Assembly: GCA_003539625.1 (NCBI GenBank)
Contig: DPOU01000009.1
Coordinates: 45,143-109,142, forward strand
Length of the DNA: 64,000 nt
DNA from: Acholeplasmatales bacterium
GTDB lineage: Bacteria > Bacillota_I > Bacilli_A > ML615J-28 > CAG-313
Direction: 5' to 3'
Below, one piece after another: positions 41,826 to 50,594 of the stretch; positions within the stretch are counted from its first letter, which is position 1; the number at the start of each line of letters is the position of its first letter. A program made the translations under genes and the position numbers. The notes under the pieces are model-generated. The model made no database searches. It had not been told where the DNA came from and saw only the letters and a program-made list of their open reading frames with translations.

Positions 41826-41854
41826 AAATAAAAAAGTTGGATATTTATCCAACT
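41826..41854 (-). terminator. Terminator after the PHP phosphatase gene
   Basis: Minus strand agttggata-aa-tatccaact followed by TTTTTATTT. Confidence 0.6.
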
Positions 41855-41873
41855 CGTTTTCTTACATTTATTA

Positions 41874-42692
41874 TTATAATTCATCAATTTTAGTTAAAAC
41901 ATTGATTCCAATTTTTTCTGCCTCTTCATAGATAGCTAGTGTATATTTATCCTGTATTCGATTAGGAGCGTGTGCATCATCATTAATTATAATTCTTGCA
42001 TTCATTTGTTTTGCCAGTAGCCAAAATTCACGTCTAGGGTAAGGAAAATTAATTTCACCATTTTGATAAAACACTTTATCTTGGTAGTATGAATTTCTTA
42101 TACCATTGACATTAATTTCTAAAACTACATTATTTTTAATTGCTGAAGCGATAATCTTTTTTGATACTTCTTCACATTTTTTATCCCAGTCTTTAATATT
42201 CCAGGCAAATATCTCAGGATGTGCTAGTATCTTAAAAAATCCTGTTTCTAAGCCTTTGACAACTGTATTAGTGTATATTTCTATTTCATCTTCTGTTAAG
42301 GGGTGATCAAATATACTAATGTATTTGCCATTTACAAAAATATAGTGTTGGCCTAAAACCAGTAAATCTAGTTCTTTTTTGAATTTTTCATATAAAGGTT
42401 TTAATTCTTCCATGTACTCAATTTCAACACCAAATAACACCTTTATTTCGCCTTTATAGTTATTTCTTGCCCTCTGTAAGTGATCCAAATAAATTTCATC
42501 GTATTGTTCTATGCTCATTCTTCTAGAAGCAAGCTTTTTTTGCAATTCTTTTGTGAACGGACCATGATCAGTAATTGCTATAGTGTGATAACCTAGTTGA
42601 ATAGCTCGTTTTACGTAATCTTCTACATCGCCAATAGCATGTTTACATAAAAATGTATGTGTATGATAATTAGATTCAATCTTTGTTTTCAT
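41874..42692 (-). CDS. PHP-domain phosphoesterase, HisJ (histidinol-phosphatase) family
   Basis: YHTHTFLCKHA, ITDHGP and NDDAH motifs typical of the HisJ/PHP family. Confidence 0.75.
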   Translation of the reverse strand: MKTKIESNYHTHTFLCKHAIGDVEDYVKRAIQLGYHTIAITDHGPFTKELQKKLASRRMSIEQYDEIYLDHLQRARNNYKGEIKVLFGVEIEYMEELKPLYEKFKKELDLLVLGQHYIFVNGKYISIFDHPLTEDEIEIYTNTVVKGLETGFFKILAHPEIFAWNIKDWDKKCEEVSKKIIASAIKNNVVLEINVNGIRNSYYQDKVFYQNGEINFPYPRREFWLLAKQMNARIIINDDAHAPNRIQDKYTLAIYEEAEKIGINVLTKIDEL

Positions 42693-43716
42693 AATTTAGC
42701 CCAAAAATAAGTCGTGGATCGTTTTCTGAGATAATTTTCATCCAACGAGCACTTCTTCCTTTGCCAAGTGGCATGATAATTTGTTCATCACGAAGTTTAA
42801 AAAGAATACGATTGATAGTTGAATCACTAGCATTGGGGTGAATTCTTCTAATATCATCTTTTGTAAAATAAACTGGCATCTTTTGTAAAATAGTTACTTC
42901 TATTACATCACTCTTAAAAGCTCGTTCTTGTTGAGTAAGTTTTTTAATCATTTCTTGAAGCGTTGAATATGTTTGTGCAATCAATTCGAAGACTAATCTA
43001 ACAGTATCAGTAGTTTTTAAGTAATTATCTTGGTAATTAATGCTTCCTTTTGCAACCGCAGTATCAATTTTATTTTTAAACGTAGTGTAAGTTTCAAAAA
43101 AACTAACATAGTGAATTGAAATTACATCAGATAATAAAATCATGTAGTATAAAGATAAGATTGCTGCAAGCTCATTATGATTAGAATAAGGTTTTAAATT
43201 AACCATTTCCATAAACACAATAACTGATAAAAAAATATGCTCAAATTTATCGTTTTTGAACCAATCCTGGTATTTTTCAAGAATTCGTTCATAAGTAAGT
43301 CTTAAGCTTACTTTATTTTCAAGTATTGCATTTGAAAATTTAATTGTTGTTTTACCATATATTAAGTTTAAACAATCTAAAATATCACTACCATTAAAGA
43401 ATAAATGATTAGTGGCCTTATCATAAATCATATTGACAACTTTTTTTATCCCAACAACCATTTGTTCTTCTTTATTTTTAGGTAAAGAATTTTTAGTAAT
43501 AAGTAATCGTAAACGATTATCAGTAATATCAACACCTATTAAATTAGCTAGAAAAAATGTATCTTTTTCAATTACTTCATTTCTTAAATACTTGGCTTGA
43601 TCTTTTATTTTTTCTTCATATTCAAGATTCATTCCAAGTAATCGATATGTTGATAACATGTCCATCAAAACATCCGATGGAATTGTATAATGTTTTAATA
43701 TTTCGAAATTATCCAT
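42676..43716 (-). CDS. Fic-like protein with degenerate active-site motif and C-terminal winged-helix-like region
   Basis: The helical Fic-like core has KPYSNHNELAAIL where HPFxxGNGRxxR is expected. The C-terminal DSTINRILFKLRDEQIIMPLGKGRSARW resembles a wHTH. Overlaps the downstream PHP gene by 17 nt. Confidence 0.4.
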   Translation of the reverse strand: MDNFEILKHYTIPSDVLMDMLSTYRLLGMNLEYEEKIKDQAKYLRNEVIEKDTFFLANLIGVDITDNRLRLLITKNSLPKNKEEQMVVGIKKVVNMIYDKATNHLFFNGSDILDCLNLIYGKTTIKFSNAILENKVSLRLTYERILEKYQDWFKNDKFEHIFLSVIVFMEMVNLKPYSNHNELAAILSLYYMILLSDVISIHYVSFFETYTTFKNKIDTAVAKGSINYQDNYLKTTDTVRLVFELIAQTYSTLQEMIKKLTQQERAFKSDVIEVTILQKMPVYFTKDDIRRIHPNASDSTINRILFKLRDEQIIMPLGKGRSARWMKIISENDPRLIFGLNYENKD

Positions 43717-43771
43717 TATTACACCTCAAGTTTATTATAAAATAAAATTATTTTTTTTGCAACAAAAAGAA

Positions 43772-43796
43772 ACAAAAACCCTAAGAGACTTAGGGC
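43772..43796 (-). terminator. Terminator after the PAP2 gene
   Basis: Minus strand ccctaag-tct-cttaggg followed by TTTTTGTTT. Confidence 0.6.
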
Positions 43797-43798
43797 AG

Positions 43799-44725
43799 TT
43801 ATTCTGACATTTTCATTTTATTAATTGCTTCTTCTATTTTAGTAAAAATAAGTGGGACTACATAAATACCTAAAAAGGCAATTAAGAAATGCATTACAAT
43901 AGTAAAAATAGCATTTTCATGAATATTTTTAGGAACGATGCCATAAATAAGATACGCCACTCCAACTATGGCAAGGCCAATTACTAATCGTAATAGTTTT
44001 TGAAGTTTAGGTACATTACAGCCAAAATTGACCTTTTTTTCCTCTAAAAAGGCTCCACTTGCAAACCCTAGTATCATACCATAACTTTTTAAAAAGTCAC
44101 GACCGAATAAAAAACTTCCTTCGGAATTCTTAAAGAATAAACAAGGTGTAAAGATAGTTAAAGTTACAATGTACAAAATCCACTTCTTTTCACCAAACAT
44201 ATCTTGTAAAAATGCACATAGGAAAGCAATTGCCACACCAATGACAATACCGGTTAAAACATCACTTGGAAAGTGAACACCTAAATAAATTCTACTAATT
44301 CCGACTAGTATAATGAATGCAATAAAAACAATTCTTACAACAAGTAATCGTTTTGCGTTATATTGTAAACATACTGAAGAATATAATGCTGCACTATTTT
44401 GACTATGGCCACTTGGAAATGAAGTTCCTGTTGCCCCATCTTTTAACGATGTATCAACTAATTTTCTTAAATATTCATGTCCTTCATATTCAAACGGTCT
44501 TCTTCTATTAACTAAGCCTTTAACAAAGTTATTAATTAAAAATGAAGAAACCAAAGTATAGCCAATAATTAACCCTTTATCTTTATCATATAACCAATAT
44601 ATAATTAGAAATAAAATGATTAAAAACAAACTTCCTAGAATTGTTGAAACAAAATAATTGAAATAATTAAAAAAAGTATTTCGCATTGAATCGAAAAATT
44701 CTAGTATTTTCCATTCCAAACTCAT
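43799..44725 (-). CDS. PAP2-family membrane phosphatase
   Basis: KxxxxxxRP (VNRRRPF), PSGHS and SRIYLGVHFPSDV motifs. An extra C-terminal membrane domain is present. Confidence 0.75.
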   Translation of the reverse strand: MSLEWKILEFFDSMRNTFFNYFNYFVSTILGSLFLIILFLIIYWLYDKDKGLIIGYTLVSSFLINNFVKGLVNRRRPFEYEGHEYLRKLVDTSLKDGATGTSFPSGHSQNSAALYSSVCLQYNAKRLLVVRIVFIAFIILVGISRIYLGVHFPSDVLTGIVIGVAIAFLCAFLQDMFGEKKWILYIVTLTIFTPCLFFKNSEGSFLFGRDFLKSYGMILGFASGAFLEEKKVNFGCNVPKLQKLLRLVIGLAIVGVAYLIYGIVPKNIHENAIFTIVMHFLIAFLGIYVVPLIFTKIEEAINKMKMSE

Positions 44726-44736
44726 ATAGCCTCCTA

Positions 44737-45495
44737 TTATTTATGATAAGTATCACGTCTTAATATTTTAGATGCTTTTGAAAGTTCAATTAAAGTTTTT
44801 ACTTCGTGTATATCTAATCTGCGAATTGCGCCTTCTGAAAGATCATTAATTTCAACACAGCCAAATCTTACTCTAGTAAGTCTTTTTACTTCATAGCCGA
44901 TAGTTTTAAACATTTCTTTTACTTGGTGATTCATGCCTTGGGTAATAACGATTCTAACTAGAGTTGAGATATTAGCACGATCAATCGATTCGATACTAAC
45001 GATTGCGGGTAAAGTTAGTTTACCATTAACCATTACCCCATTTTCAAGTTTATCTAAATCATCTTTATTCATTATTCCCTTAACTCTAACAAGGTATTCT
45101 TTTTGAATTCCGCTTTTTGGTCCAACCATCATATTCATAAAATTTCCATCATTGGTAAGCAAGATTACACCTTTAGTGTCGTAGTCTAATCTACCTACAG
45201 GAAATATTCTTAAATCTCTATATTCAGAAGGAAGTAAATCCATTACGGTTTTTCTTCCTAAATCATCGTTTACGGTGCTGATACAACTGCGTGGTTTATT
45301 TAAAGCGAGGTAAATGGACGAGGTTTTAAATACAACTACATCATCAACACTAACTTCATCACTGGGTCTAACTTTACAACCTAGTGAATTTACTACTTCA
45401 CCATTAACTTTTACGCGGCCCTCCAAAATTAATTCTTCGGCTTTTCTTCTTGATGTCAATCCGCTTGCGGCAATACGTTTTTGAATTCTTTCCAT
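44737..45495 (-). CDS. rluB: Pseudouridine synthase RluB/RsuA family
   Basis: N-terminal S4 domain (GLTSRRKAEELILEGRVKVNG) and catalytic GRLDYDTKG. Confidence 0.8.
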   Translation of the reverse strand: MERIQKRIAASGLTSRRKAEELILEGRVKVNGEVVNSLGCKVRPSDEVSVDDVVVFKTSSIYLALNKPRSCISTVNDDLGRKTVMDLLPSEYRDLRIFPVGRLDYDTKGVILLTNDGNFMNMMVGPKSGIQKEYLVRVKGIMNKDDLDKLENGVMVNGKLTLPAIVSIESIDRANISTLVRIVITQGMNHQVKEMFKTIGYEVKRLTRVRFGCVEINDLSEGAIRRLDIHEVKTLIELSKASKILRRDTYHK

Positions 45496-45612
45496 TTTTT
45501 CCTCCTCTTAATTGTCATTTTTATTAAGTAAATTATACCAAAAACGATAATTTATTGCAAGCGATTTAATAACATTTTTTTAGCCTAAAAAAGGGCTCAT
45601 TTTAGAACTTTT

Positions 45613-46101
45613 CTAAAGAACCCGCATAATTATTGCAATAAAAAGATAAGTTAGCAAATTTGCCAAAAATAAGGGTATTAAAATTTTGCTATTTTTGTTA
45701 CTTTTTAAGGCTGATAAATAGGTAATTACAACATAAAAGGTAGTATCAAAACTATTTTGAATTAATGTTGCATATTTCCCATAAAAAGAATCAACACCAT
45801 ACTTTTTATATATTGAAGTCATTGTAAGGAGTGATGATGACCATGAAATCGGTTTTGTTAGCATTTGGATGATTAATTCTGGGCAAAAAAATTTTTCAAC
45901 TCCGCACAGATGCATTTTTTCGACTATTCCCGAATTTAAAAAAACATTTAGCACTAATACAATGCCAAGCATTGATGGAAACATTTTAAGAAGTGAACGA
46001 TAACTATCTTCTACTCCTATCGAAAAAGACTCATATAAATTTACTTTTTTAAATAAGCCAAACAAAAAAATTATTATAATATACAAAACAATTACTTGCA
46101 T
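45613..46101 (-). CDS. spmB: Spore maturation protein B-like (nucleoside-recognition/Gate domain)
   Basis: Polytopic membrane protein. It is last in a dacB-spmA-spmB-like triplet and overlaps the spmA stop. Confidence 0.6.
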   Translation of the reverse strand: MQVIVLYIIIIFLFGLFKKVNLYESFSIGVEDSYRSLLKMFPSMLGIVLVLNVFLNSGIVEKMHLCGVEKFFCPELIIQMLTKPISWSSSLLTMTSIYKKYGVDSFYGKYATLIQNSFDTTFYVVITYLSALKSNKNSKILIPLFLANLLTYLFIAIIMRVL

Positions 46102-46676
46102 TTAGTGACAAGCCTCATAAAGATATCTAATAATATTCCAACAACAAATGCAAATGTACTACAAATTATCATAGCAATGACTAGTGCACAATCGGTAACT
46201 CCACCAAAAGAATTTCTAATACTAATAATGTTTAGTGGAAACATACTCAAAGTACATACATTGATAGTTATAAAAGTATTAACGCTTGCTCTTTTTTGAT
46301 AATTATTTAATTTTATATTACCATCAATTAATTCTACAGCTTTTAAGCCAAGCGAGGTTGCGGCGACACCAATACCTAAAATATTTGCCACCAAATTTGC
46401 ACACACATACTCCATTTCTTTGGAGTTTTTATCTAAATTAGGAAATAGTTTTGAAACCGGCTTTTTAAGTAATTTTGCTAACCGTGAGATTAAACCTGAA
46501 TCATTAGCAATATTAAAGATACCATTCCAAAACATTATTAATAAAGACATACTAATAAATGTTTTAAGCGCTTCATTTGTTGAGTTCAAGATTATTGAAG
46601 ACATGTTCTTTATGTTACCTGTAAATAAGCTGATAATAATACCTAGAAAAAATAGGACAACCCACAAAATACTCAT
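46092..46676 (-). CDS. spmA: Spore maturation protein A-like
   Basis: Polytopic membrane protein immediately after the dacB-like gene. Confidence 0.6.
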   Translation of the reverse strand: MSILWVVLFFLGIIISLFTGNIKNMSSIILNSTNEALKTFISMSLLIMFWNGIFNIANDSGLISRLAKLLKKPVSKLFPNLDKNSKEMEYVCANLVANILGIGVAATSLGLKAVELIDGNIKLNNYQKRASVNTFITINVCTLSMFPLNIISIRNSFGGVTDCALVIAMIICSTFAFVVGILLDIFMRLVTKCK

Positions 46677-46677
46677 A

Positions 46678-47718
46678 TTAACTCCGCTTATTTAAAACTT
46701 TTTCGCAAATCACTTCTTCTTGTTTTAAATACTGAATTACTAAATTGTCATTATTATTAATAACTCGGTAATCTATTTTCTCACAATAAGCAATTGGAAC
46801 TAAGAGATCAGCTTTTTTTACGAAATAATTCTTATTTTTTTTCATCTTAAAATACAATTCGAACTTAGATATAATCTGTTTATTATGATAAGTGTTAAAA
46901 CATTCCTTCGCAAGATTTTTATGAAATTCCCAATCGTTGCCACAGCCCAAAGTAACAATCACAATTTCCATATCATCTTTTTCGAAGACACTAACCAATG
47001 TTCTCCCCGCAAGTTTTGTGTAACCAGTTTTACCACCGATGGCAACATCGCCTTTTATTAATCGATGTTTATTTGAAAAATACATTTTCTTATTATCTAG
47101 TAAATTGGCAACATAATTTTTAGTTGAAGTAATTTCACGAAAAACCGTATTATTCATTGCGTAACTCATCAATAATGCCATATCGTATGCGGTGGTATAA
47201 TTTTTGGTAGTAGTATCAAGACCACTAGGATTTTCAAATGTTGAATCGTTCATTCCAATCTTTTTAGCAGTCCTATTCATTAAATAAATAAAATCAGATA
47301 CATTACCACTTAAATGATATGCAAGTACAGTAGCCGCATCATTGCCACTACACAACATCAAGCCATACAGTAAATCTTTAACTGTGATTACATCGCCAAC
47401 TTTTAAATAGATTGATGATCCCTCACATTGGTTGACAAGATCACTTACAACAATAATATCATTCAAATTATAATTTTCAATGCATGTAATACAAGTCAAT
47501 ATTTTGGTAATTGATGCTGGTAACATTCTTGCTTTCTCATTACTAGCTGAAAGTACGCGATGTGTATTAGTTTCCATCGCAATGTATGATTTGGCGTATG
47601 TTGTAACCTTTACTGCTGGAATATCAACTTCAGTTTTTACTATTTTAGTATAAAAGACAGTAATAATAATGCCTATATAACTAAGTAACAGAATTATAAA
47701 TACTATTTTCTTTTTCAT
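46678..47718 (-). CDS. dacB: D-alanyl-D-alanine carboxypeptidase (S11, DacB-like)
   Basis: SxxK (SITKIL), SGN and KTG motifs, with a signal/anchor at the N-terminus. Start set to the ATG at 47718 after SD ggtga. Confidence 0.75.
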   Translation of the reverse strand: MKKKIVFIILLLSYIGIIITVFYTKIVKTEVDIPAVKVTTYAKSYIAMETNTHRVLSASNEKARMLPASITKILTCITCIENYNLNDIIVVSDLVNQCEGSSIYLKVGDVITVKDLLYGLMLCSGNDAATVLAYHLSGNVSDFIYLMNRTAKKIGMNDSTFENPSGLDTTTKNYTTAYDMALLMSYAMNNTVFREITSTKNYVANLLDNKKMYFSNKHRLIKGDVAIGGKTGYTKLAGRTLVSVFEKDDMEIVIVTLGCGNDWEFHKNLAKECFNTYHNKQIISKFELYFKMKKNKNYFVKKADLLVPIAYCEKIDYRVINNNDNLVIQYLKQEEVICEKVLNKRS

Positions 47719-47763
47719 TATTTTCACCAATATATAATATGACGCAACAAGAAAATATAGCAC

Positions 47764-47797
47764 AAATAAAAGGTGTAGACCCCAATATCTACACCTT
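47764..47797 (-). terminator. Terminator after miaA
   Basis: Minus strand aaggtgtag...ctacacctt followed by TTTTATTTG. Confidence 0.55.
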
Positions 47798-47799
47798 GA

Positions 47800-48702
47800 T
47801 TATTTACTAAGAAATACTGTTATTAGATTATAAACTTCATCAATTGTTTTATTAAAATCTTCTAGATTAATATTTACTACTTGGCAATTATCTTGATTTT
47901 TAAACCAAGTAAATTGTCTTTTTGCATAATGTCTCGAATTCTTTTTAATTAGTTCAACCATTTCATTATAATCTATCTCATTATTTAAATATTGAATTAC
48001 TTCTTTGTAACCTATTGCTACTTTTGAAGTCATTGAATAATTATTAATACCAATATTTTTAACTTCTTCAATTAAACCATCTGCTAGCATTTTATCAACG
48101 CGTTTGTTGATTCTATCATATAACGACTCACGATTATCATTCAAGAAAATTATTAAAGCATCATATACTAATTCGTTCTTTTTAGAACGTGAAGTATTAT
48201 CAACATTAGATGAAATAAGTTCAATCGCTCTTAGGACCCTTTTTCGATTGTTTGGATGGATTTCACTTGCTTTATCAGGATCAAGATTAGCTAATACTTG
48301 ATGTAACTCTTCATTAGTTAATGAATCGTATTTACTTTGTTCATTACTTCGTTTTTCTTCTAAGAATTGATAATTTTTAATTACCGAGTCAATGTATAAT
48401 CCACTTCCACCAACAATTAAAGGGACTTTATTTTTGCTGGTTAAATCATCAATGCATTCTCTTACACCTTTTTGAAATTCGGCAATCGAGTATGTTTTAC
48501 TGGAATCTAAGAAATCCATATAGTGATGAATAACTCCTTGCTTTTCATCATCGGTAGGTTTAGCAGTACCAATGTTCATTTTTTGATAAATTTGGTATGC
48601 ATCTCCATTAATGATATCAGTTTGCAACCTTTTGGCAATTTCAATTGACAATTTTGTTTTACCAACCGCAGTTGGTCCCGTAATAACAATAACTTTTTTC
48701 AT
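47800..48702 (-). CDS. miaA: tRNA dimethylallyltransferase
   Basis: GPTAVGKT P-loop and GGSGLY. Shows mutS-mutL-miaA synteny. Confidence 0.9.
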   Translation of the reverse strand: MKKVIVITGPTAVGKTKLSIEIAKRLQTDIINGDAYQIYQKMNIGTAKPTDDEKQGVIHHYMDFLDSSKTYSIAEFQKGVRECIDDLTSKNKVPLIVGGSGLYIDSVIKNYQFLEEKRSNEQSKYDSLTNEELHQVLANLDPDKASEIHPNNRKRVLRAIELISSNVDNTSRSKKNELVYDALIIFLNDNRESLYDRINKRVDKMLADGLIEEVKNIGINNYSMTSKVAIGYKEVIQYLNNEIDYNEMVELIKKNSRHYAKRQFTWFKNQDNCQVVNINLEDFNKTIDEVYNLITVFLSK

Positions 48703-50594
48703 TATATTACTCGCTTAAATAATTTTTCAATTTCGTATTTGGTAAACTTAATTATAGTTGGTCTACCATGTGGACAAGTAAAAGGATTTTTGCATTCGTC
48801 TAGTTTTCTCAAAAGTTCATTTACTTCTTCTAAAGAAATATTCATATTAGCTTTTATAGATTTCTTACAACTCATTGTCATAGCAAGTTCATCTAGTATT
48901 ACTGATCTATTTGCTTTCTTGTTATTAATCACATTAGAGAATATATCATTTAAATATTCAGATTGCAAATCACTTGGAATCCAAACCGGAATATTTCTAA
49001 TTAGTAAAGTGTTTGTGCCAAATTGATCGAATGTTATACCAAGTTTTGCAAACTCATCTTCTTTTTCAAGCACCAAATTAATTTCATAGGCTGGTAATTC
49101 CATTTTAAGTGGTATCATCAATTCATATGTTTCTGGAGTAGACTCATTAAGTTTAGAAGATATCATTTCATACATAAATCTCTCCATCCCCGCATGTTGG
49201 TCAAGTAGGTATAAATTATCATCTTTTTCTAAAAGTAAATAAGTTTTATTATACTGACCAATATATTTCATATCTTTAAAGAATGAATGATTCTCACTTC
49301 TTAATTCAAAAGTTGGTTGTTCGTACGTTTCTTCTTTCAAAATAGGATTAGGTTTAGAAACGCTTGGTTCATCAAATTCATAATTAAAGTCTTCATCTAA
49401 ATCATCATTTTCTATTTTATTAGATTTTTTTATTTCGTCATCTTTGTAAGTAAATGGTTCTTCTTTAACCATTGAATCTTTTGCGGGCAGAGGTGAACTG
49501 ACTACGAAATCGTCCCATTCAATTTTTTTATTTTCTTCAAGAATTGATTTTTCGTAAACATTAGTAGTTGATTTTATTTCTTGAGAATAAACCATTTCAA
49601 TTGATGATAATGCATTTGTTATTGCTTTAGTAATTAATCTTCTTAATTCATATTCATCGGTAAATCTAACTTCTTGTTTGGTTGGATGAACATTAACATC
49701 AACTAATCTTGTATCGGCATCAATCATTAAAATAGTTATTGGATATTTTCCAATTGGAAGCGTTGATTTATATGCATCAGTGATAGCAAAAGTTAAATTA
49801 TTATTTTTAATGATACGATTGTTTATCATCATTGTAATACTATTTTTATTAGATCTAAAAACACTATTAGTAGATGTAAAACCATGAATTTTATACATCC
49901 CATTACTATCTTCAAAACTAATCATATTTTTTGCAACTTCATGTCCATAAATACTACGAATAATCATTGCGTAATCGCCATCGCCTGTTGTTGCATATAA
50001 AACTTTAGAATTGTTGGAAAGAATGAATGCAATGTTTGGATATGCTAGGCTACATCTATTAACAAAGCTTAAAATGTGAGACAATTCAGTGCTAGCATTG
50101 CTTAAATGTTTAAATCTGGCAGGTGTATTGAAAAACAAATCTTCTACTTCAATGGCAGTACCTTTAGGAAAAGATATGTTTTTAGTTTCTTTGATAGTTC
50201 CTGAAACATATTTTTTTTGGATACCATTGTAACCATCAATTGATGATGAAATAGTAACTTTAGATACACTACTTATTGAAGGTAGAGCTTCACCTCTAAA
50301 TCCTAGTGTTGCAATTGAAAATAAGTCATCAGCAGTAGTGATTTTACTAGTGGCATGAGGAAGTACAGCTAAGTTTATATCATCTTCAGTCATACCACAG
50401 CCATCATCGATGATACTCACCTTTTTTATCCCCGCATCAATTAATTCAATTCTAATAACAGTTGCATTCGCATCAATACTATTTTCAACAAGTTCTTTTA
50501 CGACACTTGCGGGTCTTTCAACAACTTCACCTGCCGAAATTAGATTGGCAAGTTCAGTAGGCAATTTTTTTATTATTGGTCTATTCATCTTCAT
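48702..50594 (-). CDS. mutL: DNA mismatch repair protein MutL
   Basis: GHKL motifs (ISAGEVVERPASVVKELVENSIDA, DDGCGM, LGFRGEAL) and a C-terminal endonuclease region (QHAGMER, CPHGRP). Confidence 0.9.
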   Translation of the reverse strand: MKMNRPIIKKLPTELANLISAGEVVERPASVVKELVENSIDANATVIRIELIDAGIKKVSIIDDGCGMTEDDINLAVLPHATSKITTADDLFSIATLGFRGEALPSISSVSKVTISSSIDGYNGIQKKYVSGTIKETKNISFPKGTAIEVEDLFFNTPARFKHLSNASTELSHILSFVNRCSLAYPNIAFILSNNSKVLYATTGDGDYAMIIRSIYGHEVAKNMISFEDSNGMYKIHGFTSTNSVFRSNKNSITMMINNRIIKNNNLTFAITDAYKSTLPIGKYPITILMIDADTRLVDVNVHPTKQEVRFTDEYELRRLITKAITNALSSIEMVYSQEIKSTTNVYEKSILEENKKIEWDDFVVSSPLPAKDSMVKEEPFTYKDDEIKKSNKIENDDLDEDFNYEFDEPSVSKPNPILKEETYEQPTFELRSENHSFFKDMKYIGQYNKTYLLLEKDDNLYLLDQHAGMERFMYEMISSKLNESTPETYELMIPLKMELPAYEINLVLEKEDEFAKLGITFDQFGTNTLLIRNIPVWIPSDLQSEYLNDIFSNVINNKKANRSVILDELAMTMSCKKSIKANMNISLEEVNELLRKLDECKNPFTCPHGRPTIIKFTKYEIEKLFKRVI

